Shown: one piece after another, positions 18,113 through 28,944 of the stretch
How positions within the stretch are numbered: position 1 is the first letter of the stretch
Layout of the letters: each line of letters opens with the position of its first letter
NCBI GenBank assembly: GCA_049315365.1
Contig: JBMOKH010000001.1
Location: 934 to 64,933, forward strand
Origin: Candidatus Nanopelagicales bacterium
GTDB lineage: Bacteria > Actinomycetota > Actinomycetes > S36-B12
Reading direction: 5' to 3'
DNA length: 64,000 nt
Notes under the pieces: model-generated
Databases searched by the model: none
The model's input: the letters and a program-made list of their open reading frames with translations, nothing else
Told to the model about the DNA's origin: nothing
Made by a program: the position numbers and the translations under genes

Positions 18113-19188
18113 GCTCAATCCGCCTCGCCGTCATCGGCGTCGGCAACTGCGCGTCATCGCTCGTCCAGGGCGTCGAGTACTACAAGGATGCTGATCCGTC
18201 CGGCTTCGTGCCCGGCCTCATGCACGTGCAGTTCGGCGATTACCACGTCCGCGACGTCGAGTTCGTCGCGGCCTTCGACGTCGACACAAAGAAGGTCGGC
18301 CTCGATCTCGCCGATGCCATCGGGGCATCCGAGAACAACACCATCAAGATCTGCGACGTTCCACACACGGGAATCACCGTGCAGCGCGGCCACACCCTCG
18401 ATGGGCTCGGCAAGTACTACCGCGAGACGATCACCGAATCAGACGCGGCGCCCGTCGATATCGTCGCCGCACTCAAGGCCGCCAAGGTCGATGTCGTCGT
18501 CTGCTATCTGCCCGTCGGGTCTGAGGCAGCCGCAAAGTTCTACGCACAGTGCGCCATTGACGCCGGGTGCGGGTTCGTCAACGCACTCCCGGTATTCATC
18601 GCCGGCACACCCGAGTGGGCGAAGAAGTTCGAGGACGCCGGGCTCCCGATCGTCGGGGATGACATCAAGAGCCAGGTCGGGGCCACGATCACCCACCGCG
18701 TCATGGCGAAGCTCTTCGAGGATCGCGGCGTCATCCTCGACCGCACCTACCAGTTGAACGTGGGCGGGAACATGGACTTCAAGAACATGCTCGAGCGTGA
18801 TCGGCTGGAATCGAAGAAGATATCCAAGACCCAGTCCGTCACCTCGCAGGTCGGGCATGATCTCGGTGAGCGCAATGTCCATATCGGCCCATCCGATTAC
18901 ATCGCCTGGCTCGACGACCGCAAGTGGGCGTTCGTCCGGCTCGAGGGCCGTGCGTTCGGCGACGTGCCGCTGAGCTTGGAGTACAAGCTCGAGGTGTGGG
19001 ACTCGCCGAACAGCGCCGGAGTCATCATCGATGCGGTTCGAGCCGCGAAGATCGCCATGGACCGGGGCATCGGCGGGCCAATCCTCTCGGCCTCCAGTTA
19101 CTTCATGAAGTCCCCGCCCGTTCAGTACAGCGACAGCGAGGCAAAGCAGGCTGTGGAGGATTTCATCAGCGGGACGATCGAGCGCTGA
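18109..19188 (+). CDS. ino1: myo-Inositol-1-phosphate synthase
   Basis: '[23 protein letters not shown]', 'NALPVFIA', '[12 protein letters not shown]', '[10 protein letters not shown]'. 359 aa. Confidence 0.95.
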   Translation: MSSIRLAVIGVGNCASSLVQGVEYYKDADPSGFVPGLMHVQFGDYHVRDVEFVAAFDVDTKKVGLDLADAIGASENNTIKICDVPHTGITVQRGHTLDGLGKYYRETITESDAAPVDIVAALKAAKVDVVVCYLPVGSEAAAKFYAQCAIDAGCGFVNALPVFIAGTPEWAKKFEDAGLPIVGDDIKSQVGATITHRVMAKLFEDRGVILDRTYQLNVGGNMDFKNMLERDRLESKKISKTQSVTSQVGHDLGERNVHIGPSDYIAWLDDRKWAFVRLEGRAFGDVPLSLEYKLEVWDSPNSAGVIIDAVRAAKIAMDRGIGGPILSASSYFMKSPPVQYSDSEAKQAVEDFISGTIER

Positions 19189-19192
19189 TAGC

Positions 19193-20494
19193 GTGACGCG
19201 GGTGGCGAGATTCTCAGCACTGCGCGAGGTCCTCGCCACCCGCGACTTCAGGAGGCTCTACGCCGTCCGACTCATTGGCCAGTTCTCCGACGGCCTACTC
19301 CAGGCGGCGCTCGCGACCTTCGTGCTCTTCTCCCCGGAGCGACAGCCCGACGCCATCAAGGTGGCCGCGGCATTCGCGATCCTTCTGCTCCCCTACTCCA
19401 TCATCGGCCCGTTCGCCGGGGTGTTCCTTGACCGGTGGCGCCGACGCGACGTCCTCGTCCGTGCAAACCTCGTAAAGGCCGTCGCAACGCTGCCGATCAT
19501 CGGACTCGTGGTCATCGGCAATGACGGACTGTGGCTGGGCATCACGGTGCTCACCGTCCTCGGTGTTGGCCGCTTCGTCCTCGCCGGCCTCTCAGCCTCC
19601 CTCCCGCACGTCGTGTCGGGGCGGGATCTCATCACCGCCAATGCGCTCACCCCGACCTCCGGAACCATCGCCGCCGCGATCGGAGCGGTGAGTGGCATCG
19701 CCCTGAGAGCCAGCGTCGGCGGCGGCGACACGGGCAGCGAACTCGTCCTCGCCCTCGCCGCCTGCGGATTCGTGGGGGCAGCGCTCGCGGCCACACGCAT
19801 CGGGCGCCTGAAACTCGGTCCCAGCGGCGAGCGGCCAGCCGACACCCTCAAGGGCGTGGCACTCGGCATGATCGACGGCATACGGCAGATGTCCCGCGCA
19901 CCGATTGCGGGCCGAGCGATAGCGGTGGCGGGGGCTCATCGGGTGGCTTTCGGGGCACTCACGGTGGTCGCCCTTCTCCTCGTGCGCAACACGTTCAACC
20001 CGGCCGCCGAAGCCGACGCAGCCCTCAATGAGTTCGCTGTGATCACGGCATGCGCAGCCGCAGGAGCCCTCATAGCGGCGATCCTCACACCGGCGGTGAC
20101 CCGTCGCTTCGGAGCGGTCAAATGGTCCATCGCGGTCCTGCTCCAGGCCGGCGTCCTCGGGGTCGCCCTCGTCTACACGGGTGCCATGACGCCATCAATG
20201 CCCGTGCTCCTCGCCGGAGCAGCCTCGATCGGCTTCGCTGGGCAGGGGGTGAAGGTGTGCGCCGACACCCTCGTTCAGCGCCATGTGCCCGACGACCACC
20301 TCGGGCGCGTGTTCGCCATCTTCGACATGGTCCTGAACGTCTGCCTCGTCAGCGGCATCACGATCATGGCCTTCGGATCCCCTCAATCCGGTCAGGCACC
20401 CGGACCCATCCTCGGCATCGGCGTGCTGCTCGTGGGCACGGCACTCTGGTATCGGTGGGCCTCACGCCGTAGGCTCTCCACGCACATCACCTAA
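19193..20494 (+). CDS. MFS transporter
   Basis: About 12 predicted helices. 'FLDRWRRRDVLV' loop motif between TM2 and TM3. Confidence 0.8.
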   Translation: MTRVARFSALREVLATRDFRRLYAVRLIGQFSDGLLQAALATFVLFSPERQPDAIKVAAAFAILLLPYSIIGPFAGVFLDRWRRRDVLVRANLVKAVATLPIIGLVVIGNDGLWLGITVLTVLGVGRFVLAGLSASLPHVVSGRDLITANALTPTSGTIAAAIGAVSGIALRASVGGGDTGSELVLALAACGFVGAALAATRIGRLKLGPSGERPADTLKGVALGMIDGIRQMSRAPIAGRAIAVAGAHRVAFGALTVVALLLVRNTFNPAAEADAALNEFAVITACAAAGALIAAILTPAVTRRFGAVKWSIAVLLQAGVLGVALVYTGAMTPSMPVLLAGAASIGFAGQGVKVCADTLVQRHVPDDHLGRVFAIFDMVLNVCLVSGITIMAFGSPQSGQAPGPILGIGVLLVGTALWYRWASRRRLSTHIT

Positions 20495-20512
20495 GCATCG
20501 TCAGGAGAGCAC

Positions 20513-21733
20513 ATGTCGAACGGCAAGCGTTGGGGGATCCGGGCCGTCGCCTCGCTCCTGATCTTCATCATCACCGTCATCGTCACGCCGGTGGCCCTCA
20601 TTGGGCACTGGGGTCACCGTACTGTCGTTGACAGCACCCAGTACCTAGCCACGGTCGGCCCGCTCGTCGACGACCCCGCCGTGCAGGATGCCGTGTCGAA
20701 GGTGATCACTGACGCCGTCGTGAAGCAGGTCGACACGAGCGCCCTCATCGGCGGTTTCCTCGGAGGCTTCATTCAGGACAAGACCATCGCGGACAAGCTC
20801 ACCGACCCGATCGCTGCGGGGATCAACAACCTCGTATACGAACTCGTCCACACCTTCGTCGCCTCGAAGGAATTCGCGAAGATCTGGTACACGACGAACG
20901 AGGTCGCGCAGGCCAGTCTCATCGCGCTTCTCGAGGACCGTCCGAATGGTCCGATTCAGATCAAGGGCGATTCGATTGTCCTGGACATCTCCTCAATGCT
21001 CACGGCAGTCCAGTCCACCCTGGTAAACAACGGGTTCGATCTCGCATCCAAGGTCGCCATCCCGCCGAGCGATAGTGAGATCGTGCTCGCACAATCCGCC
21101 GCGATCGGGCAACTGCAACTCGTCTACCGCTTGTCGGCACCGGTGCTGCAGTGGTTCCCGCTGCTCATCGCCATCCTCTTCGGCCTGTCGATCGCTCTGG
21201 CGCGGAACCGGTCACGCACCGTGCTCGCCGTCGGCCTCGCACTCATCGCCTGCGGCGGGGCCACCCGGGTGCTCATGAACGCGGCCGAGACCCTGTTCGT
21301 GAACCAGTTGTCCGGCACCATCTTCGCGGGCGCCGCCACCAGTTTCTGGGGGACCTTCTTCAATTACCTGCTCTCCGGGCTCTTCGCCGTGCTCGTACTG
21401 GGAATCGTGATCGCGTTCGGTGGTTGGTTCGCCGGCGTCTCACGTCCCGCGACGAGCATGCGCACCGCCGTCGGTCGCGGACTCCACAGCATGGGGTCCG
21501 GCGTGCCGGCAGGAGTTCGCCGCTCCTTCCGCTCCTACGCCCCGGTGCTGCGTTGGATCATCGCCATCGTCATGGTGCTCGTGCTGAGCCTCGGCGCATT
21601 CATGTCGATGGATCGGGTCATCTGGCTGAGCCTGCTCACGGCCGGGCTCCTCACCCTGCTCGAGATCCTCATCGGGCCGGATCGCATCGACTCAGTCGAG
21701 GAGCCGGCCGAGTTGGCGGCGGCGCCGAACTAA
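20513..21733 (+). CDS. Integral membrane protein of unknown function
   Basis: N-terminal TM helix, a ~170-aa hydrophilic domain, then at least 5 hydrophobic helices. Codon usage is like its neighbours. No motif recognised. Confidence 0.55.
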   Translation: MSNGKRWGIRAVASLLIFIITVIVTPVALIGHWGHRTVVDSTQYLATVGPLVDDPAVQDAVSKVITDAVVKQVDTSALIGGFLGGFIQDKTIADKLTDPIAAGINNLVYELVHTFVASKEFAKIWYTTNEVAQASLIALLEDRPNGPIQIKGDSIVLDISSMLTAVQSTLVNNGFDLASKVAIPPSDSEIVLAQSAAIGQLQLVYRLSAPVLQWFPLLIAILFGLSIALARNRSRTVLAVGLALIACGGATRVLMNAAETLFVNQLSGTIFAGAATSFWGTFFNYLLSGLFAVLVLGIVIAFGGWFAGVSRPATSMRTAVGRGLHSMGSGVPAGVRRSFRSYAPVLRWIIAIVMVLVLSLGAFMSMDRVIWLSLLTAGLLTLLEILIGPDRIDSVEEPAELAAAPN

Positions 21734-23160
21734 CGGCTCGCCCACCATTGCCTCAGCGCGTCCGTGGCCTGCTGTTCACTCAGCGGGCCACGGTCGAGGC
21801 GCAGTTCCATGAGGTACCGGTAGGCCTCGCCGACAATCGGGCCCGGAGCGAGGCCGAGGATGGTCATGATCTGGGCACCGTCGAGGTCGGGGCGCAGCGC
21901 ATTCAACTCCTCTTCCTGTGCAAGGACAGCGATCCGCTCCTCGAGCGAGTCATAGGCCTGCTGCAGTGCGGCCGCGCGACGCTTGTTGCGGGTCGTCGAA
22001 TCGGCCCTCGTGAGCTTGTGGAGTCGCGTCAGTTGGTCGCCTGAATCGCGGACGTACCTGCGGACTGCGGAGTCTGACCATTCACCGGTTCCGTAGCCGT
22101 GGAACCGCAGGTGCAGCTCGACGAGCTTTGACACGTCGTCGATCATCTCGCCGGAGAACCTCAGCGCCTGCATCCGCTTGCGCGTCATCCGAGCGCCCAC
22201 GACCTCGTGATGGTGGAAGGACACCCGGCCGTCGTCCTCGAACTTCCGCGTTCTCGGCTTGCCGATGTCGTGAAGCAGCGCAGCGAGGCGGAGCACTTGG
22301 TCTGGCCCGCTTGCGGGCTCATGAGTTGTCTCAAGGTCCATCGCCTGCTCGAGGACCGTGAGGGTGTGCTCGTAGACATCCTTGTGGTGGTGATGCTCAT
22401 CCAACTCGAGTTGAAGGAGTGGCAACTCCGGGACGACGTACTCGGTGAGGCCCGTGCCTACGAGAAGTTCGAGCCCGGTTCGTGGGTCGTCGGACATCAG
22501 GATCTTCATGAACTCATCTCGGATGCGTTCAGCGGAGACAATCTCTAGCCGCCCGGCCATCTCGGTCATGGCGATGACGACATCGGCCACGACGTGGAAG
22601 CCGAGCTGCGAGGCGAATCGAGCCGCTCGCAGCATGCGCAGTGGGTCGTCGGTGAACGAGTGCTCAGGGGATCCTGGGGTACGGATGAGTTTGGCCCCCA
22701 GGTCGGCTCGGCCGTCGAAGAGGTCCACGAGGGCCAACCCCGGAAGCGTGAGCGCCATCGCATTGATGGTGAAGTCTCGACGGGCGAGGTCGCCCTCGAG
22801 GCTGTCGCCGAAGTCCACCGCGGGCTTGCGGGACTCCGGGTCGTAGTGCTCACTTCGATAGGTCGTGATCTCGCACTCACGTCCTTGGATTCGAGAGCCC
22901 ACGGTTCCGAACTTGATTCCGACATCCCAGGTGGCCTCAGCGAAGGGGGCGAGGATCGCGAGGATCTCCTCGGGTCGGGCGTCGGTCGTGAAGTCAAGGT
23001 CGGAGTCATCCCTCAGCCTGCCGAGCATCGCATCCCGCACAGGCCCGCCGACGAGCGCGATCGCATGACCGTTCTCCGCGAAGCGGCGCCCGATACCGTC
23101 AAGCAGTCCGGCCAACGGCTTGAGTCGGTCGATAACGGAGCGTTCGGTGTCTGCGGGCAC
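21730..23160 (-). CDS. cca: CCA-adding tRNA nucleotidyltransferase with HD domain
   Basis: 'ALVGGPVRDAMLGR...DLDFTT', 'RRDFTINAMA', HD block 'HHHKDVYEHT...LLHDIGKP'. Confidence 0.93.
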   Translation of the reverse strand: MPADTERSVIDRLKPLAGLLDGIGRRFAENGHAIALVGGPVRDAMLGRLRDDSDLDFTTDARPEEILAILAPFAEATWDVGIKFGTVGSRIQGRECEITTYRSEHYDPESRKPAVDFGDSLEGDLARRDFTINAMALTLPGLALVDLFDGRADLGAKLIRTPGSPEHSFTDDPLRMLRAARFASQLGFHVVADVVIAMTEMAGRLEIVSAERIRDEFMKILMSDDPRTGLELLVGTGLTEYVVPELPLLQLELDEHHHHKDVYEHTLTVLEQAMDLETTHEPASGPDQVLRLAALLHDIGKPRTRKFEDDGRVSFHHHEVVGARMTRKRMQALRFSGEMIDDVSKLVELHLRFHGYGTGEWSDSAVRRYVRDSGDQLTRLHKLTRADSTTRNKRRAAALQQAYDSLEERIAVLAQEEELNALRPDLDGAQIMTILGLAPGPIVGEAYRYLMELRLDRGPLSEQQATDALRQWWASR

Positions 23161-23203
23161 CCACAGAGCGTAATGAGTGTGCGGGCGGGTTTATCCTGCG
23201 GAC

Positions 23204-23653
23204 ATGAGCGTGCACAGGCCGAGCGTCGAGGAGACCTCCGCCGGGGGGCTCGTGCTCGACCGCTCAGGTCCGGTGACGAAGGCGGCGCTCATCGCGCGCC
23301 ATGACCGACGAGGCCGCTTGGTCTGGTCCATGCCCAAGGGGCATCTCGAGCAAGGGGAGACCGCTGAGGATGCGGCAATCCGTGAGGTTCAGGAGGAGAC
23401 CGGCATCGAGTCGCATGTAATCGCGACCCTCGGGACGATCGACTTCTGGTTCATGTCCCAGGACCGCCGTATCCACAAGACGGTCCACCATTACCTACTC
23501 GAGGCCGATGGGGGCGAGTTGAGCGACGCTGACGTCGAGGTCGTCAAGGTGGCCTGGATTCCGCTCGACGAGGTTTCCGACCTCCTCCGCTATCCAGACG
23601 AGCGGCGACTCGTCAGCATGGTTCCCGGGCTCCTCGCCACCGCGGAGAGGTAG
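23204..23653 (+). CDS. NUDIX hydrolase (MutT4-like)
   Basis: Nudix box 'GHLEQGETAEDAAIREVQEETGI'. ATG 23204 preferred over GTG 23177. Confidence 0.85.
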   Translation: MSVHRPSVEETSAGGLVLDRSGPVTKAALIARHDRRGRLVWSMPKGHLEQGETAEDAAIREVQEETGIESHVIATLGTIDFWFMSQDRRIHKTVHHYLLEADGGELSDADVEVVKVAWIPLDEVSDLLRYPDERRLVSMVPGLLATAER

Positions 23654-25779
23654 TGCGCCGCCTCCGCCGCCTCCTCGCCCCCGCAGTCATCGGCGCGGGT
23701 CTTGCCGTGTCCTTCACCGTCACCCCAGCGGTGGCGGCACCCGCGACCGGCTCGACGATCAATGTGGTCGTCGACTCCCTCGCGCCGCTGATCCCGACAA
23801 GGGGTGGCGGGCTACGGATTTCTGGGCGGGTGGTGAACTCCTCAGCGCAACCGATCGAGCAGGTCGCGGTCCAACTACGCCTGTCGGGAGAGCCCTTGAG
23901 CGATCGTGGCCAATTGTCCGATGTGGCAAACATGCCATTGATCCCGTCGACATCGGGCCCATCAGACTCCGCGATAGACGAGGCGCGCGCTGACATCGAC
24001 CCAGTGCTGCGACCAGGTGAGGAGTCGCCCTTCGTCATCACCATTCCGTTCGCTGACCTGCCCCTGGGTAGTGCCGGAACCTACGTCATTTCAGTCGAGG
24101 CACTGGGGACCGATCCCCAGGGAGTAGAGGCCACCCTGGGAATTCAGCGCACCTTTCTGCCCTGGTTCCCGAAGGGGACTGACATCAACCCGGTCGGCCT
24201 CACCTGGCTCTGGCCCCTCGCTGATTGGCCGGCACGCGATGCGGACGGCACGCTCCTTAACGACAGCACGCCGATGTCGCTCGCTCCCGGTGGTCGCTTG
24301 GCCGATCTAGTGTCCGTCGCATCCCTGAATCCGTCGGTCGTCACCTGGATCGCGGATCCGGAACTGCTGCAGTCCGCGTCGGACATAGCCAACGGCTACC
24401 AGGTGCTCCGTGATGGGGAACTCATCGTCGGTGACCGCTCCCAGGATGCCCGAAACTGGCTCACCGCGCTCAAGTCAGCGGTGCGCAGTTCACTCCTCCA
24501 CACCCTGCCCTACGCCGATATCGATGCGAGTGCTGCACGTCGGGCTGGCCTTCAGCAGGATGTCGTCCGCGCGATCACCCGGTCGCCGACTATTGCCGCT
24601 CGCGCCATCGAAGAGCCCGTTGAGGGTGGTATCGCCTGGGCGCCGTCCGGTCGAATAGACAAGCGAACGGCGAACCTCCTCGCTGAGGCCGGGGTCACGA
24701 CGATTGTGCTCGCCGCCGAGGCAATGACCCCGGTGGCCTCAACAGCAGACCCGGCCCTGCCATCACAGACCCCGAGCGGAATTGCCGATTATCCGACGAC
24801 CGTGGGAGTCATCGATGCCGTGCTCCTCGATTCCGGTCTCACGAGCGCCCTGGGTTCGAGGCAGCGAACCCGTGGTGAGGTCGTGCTCGCTCGCCAGCGA
24901 TTCCTCGCCGAGACCGCCCTCATTGCAACCGAACCAGAGGCCAAGCCAGATCGTGTCATCGCAGCCGGTCCTGCTGAGATCCGCTGGCACCCGACCGCCG
25001 AACTGCTCAATTCACTGCTGCGTGCCACCTCGCAGGCCCCGTGGCTTCGCCCCACCACCATCGAGGAGTTGCGAGCTGCGCCCCGTGTCCCGAGGAAGAG
25101 GGCGACCTACGGAACCGGCGTGGTCGCAGCGGAGCTCAGTGCGCAGTACATGGGCCGGGTGAAGGCCGCGGAGGGGCGCCTTGATCGGCTCGTCGCCATT
25201 CTGGACGACCCTTCGACCGTGGGACCCTCGTACGCGTCGGCGCTGCTGCGCGCCCAGTCATCCGCTTGGCGAGCCGAGCCGAGCACCGGTGCCGAACTCC
25301 TCGCCAGCATCAACGCCGGCCTACTCGCGCGGACATCGGCGGTGCGAGTGCTGTCCTCGGGGACGGTCATCTTCTCCGGTGATGCCGGCCGGGTCCCGGT
25401 GACGATCGCAAACGACGGGGAGCAGGCCGTGACCGTCGGCCTCGCTCTCATCGGCCAGCCGAGTGCACGGCTCGAGTCCACTCCACTGGCCGGGATCCGT
25501 GTCGACCCGGGCAAGAAGGTGAGTGTTGACCTAGAGGCGCGTGTCGTCGGCGGTGAACCGTTGAGTGTCGCAGTGCAGTTGCTCACCCCCTCCGGGTCGC
25601 GGTACGGCAGCCCCGCGATGATCTCGCTCGTTTCGACGGCGTACTCACGGGCGGCCGGATGGGTCGTCGCCGCCGCGTTTGCCGCCCTCGCAGCATTCGT
25701 CGTCATCGGCATCACTCGACGGATCAGGCGTTCCCGCTCATGGCGCACGCCGAGTGATCCCGGGACGACACAATCATGA
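23653..25779 (+). CDS. DUF6049-like secreted, C-terminally anchored protein (Rv3909-type)
   Basis: Signal peptide 'RRLRRLLAPAVIGAGLAVSFTVTPAVAAPA' and C-terminal TM anchor 'WVVAAAFAALAAFVVIGITRRIRR'. Conserved slot between NUDIX and murJ. Confidence 0.6.
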   Translation: MRRLRRLLAPAVIGAGLAVSFTVTPAVAAPATGSTINVVVDSLAPLIPTRGGGLRISGRVVNSSAQPIEQVAVQLRLSGEPLSDRGQLSDVANMPLIPSTSGPSDSAIDEARADIDPVLRPGEESPFVITIPFADLPLGSAGTYVISVEALGTDPQGVEATLGIQRTFLPWFPKGTDINPVGLTWLWPLADWPARDADGTLLNDSTPMSLAPGGRLADLVSVASLNPSVVTWIADPELLQSASDIANGYQVLRDGELIVGDRSQDARNWLTALKSAVRSSLLHTLPYADIDASAARRAGLQQDVVRAITRSPTIAARAIEEPVEGGIAWAPSGRIDKRTANLLAEAGVTTIVLAAEAMTPVASTADPALPSQTPSGIADYPTTVGVIDAVLLDSGLTSALGSRQRTRGEVVLARQRFLAETALIATEPEAKPDRVIAAGPAEIRWHPTAELLNSLLRATSQAPWLRPTTIEELRAAPRVPRKRATYGTGVVAAELSAQYMGRVKAAEGRLDRLVAILDDPSTVGPSYASALLRAQSSAWRAEPSTGAELLASINAGLLARTSAVRVLSSGTVIFSGDAGRVPVTIANDGEQAVTVGLALIGQPSARLESTPLAGIRVDPGKKVSVDLEARVVGGEPLSVAVQLLTPSGSRYGSPAMISLVSTAYSRAAGWVVAAAFAALAAFVVIGITRRIRRSRSWRTPSDPGTTQS

Positions 25780-25795
25780 GGAATCGGATGCCCGG

Positions 25796-27436
25796 ATGAG
25801 CAGTGTGATGCGCTCGAGCGCCCTCATGGCATCGGGCACCGTGGTGTCGCGGCTCACCGGCGTCCTTCGTGACGTCGCAGCGGCTGCGGCCCTCGGGTTC
25901 TACCTTGTCGCCGACGCCTTCTCCCTCGGAAACTCACTTCCGACGATCATCTACATCCTCGTCGTGGGCGGCGCGCTCAATGCGGTCTTCGTGCCGCAGT
26001 TGGTCCGCCGGATGAAGGACGACCCCGATGGTGGCCAGGCCTACGCAGATCGACTCCTGACACTCGTCGGGACAGTCCTGCTGGCGTTGTCCCTCATCGC
26101 AGTGCTTGCCGCCCCGCTCATCGTTGACCTGTACACCCCCGCCGATTACCCGCAGGCCGAGTTCGAATTGGCCGTTGCGTTCGCTCGCCTGTGCCTCCCC
26201 CAGATCCTCTTCTACGGCATTTACACGATGCTGAGTCAGGTGCTCAATGCGCGCGGCCAGTTCGGCGCCCCGATGTACGCCCCTATCGCGAACAACATCA
26301 TCGCGATCGCGACGTTTCTGCTGTTCATCGCGGTTGCCGGGACATCCGCGGCCGCCGACGGCAACCTCACCTCGTCGCAGGTGCTCATACTCGGCATCGG
26401 CACGACCCTTGGCGTCGTGTTGCAGGCGCTCATCCTCATCCCGATTCTCCTGCGAAGCGGTCACGTATGGCGGTTGCGTTTCGACTGGCGCGACGCCGGC
26501 CTCGGGCGCGCTGGAATCCTCGCCTTCTGGACGGTGGGGCTCGTCCTCGTCAACCAGGCAACGTATGTGGTGATCTCCCGGCTCGCGACCCAGGCGAACG
26601 TCGACGCCACCGCAGCGGGGGTCACAGCGGCTGGCCTCACCACGTACCAGAAAGCCCACCTCGTATTCATGCTGCCGCACAGTGTCATCACCGTGTCGAT
26701 CGTGACGGCCATGCTCCCCGCCCTGAGCAGGTTGGCCCACAGCGGTGATCTCCCGCGAGTGGGCCGCGAGATCGGCTCAACAATGCGCCTAGTGTCGGCG
26801 TTCATCATCCCGATCGCCGCCATTCTCATGGTCACGGGATCTGGACTTGCCGTGCTCCTCTTCGGCTACGGTGCAGCGATCCCCGCCCAGGCCGCCATCA
26901 TGGGCCAGATCGTCTCGGTCTTCATGATTGCCCTCCTGCCCTTCACCCTGTTCTACGTGCTCCTGCGCGGCTTCTATGCCCTCGAGGACACCCGCACCCC
27001 GTTCTTCATCAGCGTGGCCTTCAGCCTCGTCTGGCTCGTCCTCGCCGTTCCGCTCTTTCGCATCGTGGGCAGTGGCGGACCGCAAGTTGCAAGCCTCGCC
27101 CTCGCGTACGGGGTCAGTTACTGGGTCGGCATGGTGGTGGCGTGGTTCATCCTCGCGCGCCGGGTGGGGGGCGTTGATTCCAAGCGGACGATCAAGGCGC
27201 TCCTGCGAATGTCCGTCGCCGGTGCATTCGCCCTCCTACTCATGGTCGGCACCCGGGCCCTGCTCGTCGCTTACGTCACAGGGCCGGGTTCGGACGATAA
27301 GTGGTCGGTGCTGCTCACGGTGGTGACCGTGTCAGCAGTCGGCGGCCTTGCCTACCTCGGGGCCTCCTTGATCCTTCGAATCCGCGAGGTTTCGGAGATG
27401 ATGGGGTTCGTCAAGCGAAAGGTGCGGAAGCGGTGA
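25796..27436 (+). CDS. murJ: Lipid II flippase MurJ
   Basis: 'MRSSALMASGTVVSRLTGVLRDV', 'GALNAVFVPQL', about 14 helices. ATG 25796 chosen because the ORF-track start at 25679 overlaps the preceding gene. Confidence 0.92.
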   Translation: MSSVMRSSALMASGTVVSRLTGVLRDVAAAAALGFYLVADAFSLGNSLPTIIYILVVGGALNAVFVPQLVRRMKDDPDGGQAYADRLLTLVGTVLLALSLIAVLAAPLIVDLYTPADYPQAEFELAVAFARLCLPQILFYGIYTMLSQVLNARGQFGAPMYAPIANNIIAIATFLLFIAVAGTSAAADGNLTSSQVLILGIGTTLGVVLQALILIPILLRSGHVWRLRFDWRDAGLGRAGILAFWTVGLVLVNQATYVVISRLATQANVDATAAGVTAAGLTTYQKAHLVFMLPHSVITVSIVTAMLPALSRLAHSGDLPRVGREIGSTMRLVSAFIIPIAAILMVTGSGLAVLLFGYGAAIPAQAAIMGQIVSVFMIALLPFTLFYVLLRGFYALEDTRTPFFISVAFSLVWLVLAVPLFRIVGSGGPQVASLALAYGVSYWVGMVVAWFILARRVGGVDSKRTIKALLRMSVAGAFALLLMVGTRALLVAYVTGPGSDDKWSVLLTVVTVSAVGGLAYLGASLILRIREVSEMMGFVKRKVRKR

Positions 27437-28944
27437 CTGAGTCCCGGAGGATCGCGCGCTACACATTTCTCGAGGAGGTTGTCTCGACGAGGGATGACCA
27501 GTCTGTCGTCCTTTGGCGCGGATTCGACGAAGTGCTCGCTCGCGACGTCTCGATTCGGCTAATTCCCCGCGACGACCCGCGCTCAGGGGCCGTCGTCGCC
27601 GCGGCGCAAGCATCAGCCCTCGTCGAGGATCGACGACTGCTCCGAATCCTCGACGTGTTCGATGTGCCCGCCACCGAGGATGCCCCCGCGACGATCGCCA
27701 TCGTCAGCGAGTGGGCAACCGGGGTGACGATTCAGGAAATGATGGAGTCCCGGAACTGGGAACCCCTTCCACTCGAGCAGGCGATCTCGATCGTCGACGA
27801 CGTCGCCCGCGCGGTCGCCGCAGGGGCCTCGAGTGATGTAAGCCACGGCCGGCTTCGTCCCTCCAGTGTCGTGATGACGGACGCTCACGAGGTGAGAGTC
27901 CGGGGGTTCGCCGTTGACGCGGCGCTCTGGGGGCAGTGCAACCCGGCCCTCACGCCCGACGCCTGCGATGTCGATGCCCTTGGCAGCCTGCTGTACCTGC
28001 TTCTCACCGGGGTCTGGCCTGGCTCCGGAAGCCTGCCGAGCGTCGGGCTTCCGCGGGCACCGCGGGTGAGCCAGCATGTGCTGCCGCCATCCCGCATCTC
28101 CGCCAGCGTGCCGCGCACCATCGACGACTGCGTGGCACGATCTGTCCAGGACGCCGATCGTGCCCGGACCGTCCGCCTGACCAAGGACGTCCCCGCGTTC
28201 GCGATGATGCTCGGGCTATCCAGGGACTACGTGGCCGCCCCGCCTGATTCCTCGCCCAGCATCATCGGCGCCAGCCCCACCTTCGGCACCTCAGGTCGCG
28301 TCCTTGCCTGTGCCGGCGGAGTTGTTGCGGTTGCGCTGGTCGGCGTGATGGGGTGGGCCCTTGCCAACGCCGGTCCGAGCGCCTGGAGCCCAAATCCGAA
28401 TGGGGCAGCGGAGTCAATGCTCACGGGAACTGCAACGCCCGTCATCGACGAGACGGAAGGCATCGAGCAGGTGATACCCGTGGTCACCGCCACGTCGTTC
28501 GACCCGTACTCCGACGATAACGACAACGGCAAGCCGGACGGACGCAAGGGCCGGGAGAACGAGGCCGCAGTCCCCCTCGCAATCGATGGTGATCCGGCGA
28601 CGTCTTGGACCACGAGCACGTATCGCTCCGCCGATGGTGACGGAAAGGGCGGCGTAGGGATCATCCTGGATCTCGGGGCGACCCACTCGGTGAACGCCGT
28701 GTCAATTGACTTCGACGGAGCCGGGGCACAGGCAGAGGTCCGAGTTGCTGACAAGGTCTACCGCGATCCGGGGACCTGGAATCTGCTCGCGAGCGCACCC
28801 GCAGGTGGTCGATCCATCGAACTTCGGTCACCCCGCCCGAAAGTCGGCCGATACGTCCTCCTTTGGTTCCCATCCCTGCCCAAGTCACTGACATCACCCG
28901 ATTCGTTCTCGCTTGGCGTCAGTGGGGTGGAGGTCCGCGGATGA
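27433..28944 (+). CDS. Membrane-anchored pseudokinase with extracellular discoidin/CBM-like domain (equivalent to the C-terminal half of mycobacterial MviN)
   Basis: Kinase-like fold with degenerate motifs: no G-loop, 'VSIRL' in place of VAIK, 'SHGRLRP' in place of HRDLKP, 'RGFAVD' in place of DFG. TM 'VLACAGGVVAVALVGVMGWALA'. C-terminus 'AIDGDPATSWTT...GRYVLLWF'. GTG 27433 overlaps the murJ stop (GTGA). Confidence 0.75.
   Translation: MTESRRIARYTFLEEVVSTRDDQSVVLWRGFDEVLARDVSIRLIPRDDPRSGAVVAAAQASALVEDRRLLRILDVFDVPATEDAPATIAIVSEWATGVTIQEMMESRNWEPLPLEQAISIVDDVARAVAAGASSDVSHGRLRPSSVVMTDAHEVRVRGFAVDAALWGQCNPALTPDACDVDALGSLLYLLLTGVWPGSGSLPSVGLPRAPRVSQHVLPPSRISASVPRTIDDCVARSVQDADRARTVRLTKDVPAFAMMLGLSRDYVAAPPDSSPSIIGASPTFGTSGRVLACAGGVVAVALVGVMGWALANAGPSAWSPNPNGAAESMLTGTATPVIDETEGIEQVIPVVTATSFDPYSDDNDNGKPDGRKGRENEAAVPLAIDGDPATSWTTSTYRSADGDGKGGVGIILDLGATHSVNAVSIDFDGAGAQAEVRVADKVYRDPGTWNLLASAPAGGRSIELRSPRPKVGRYVLLWFPSLPKSLTSPDSFSLGVSGVEVRG

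Noticed and set aside
25934-26740. 268-aa minus-strand ORF
   Set aside because: It is antisense to murJ, highly charged and low-complexity. Same reasoning as for 13338..14219.
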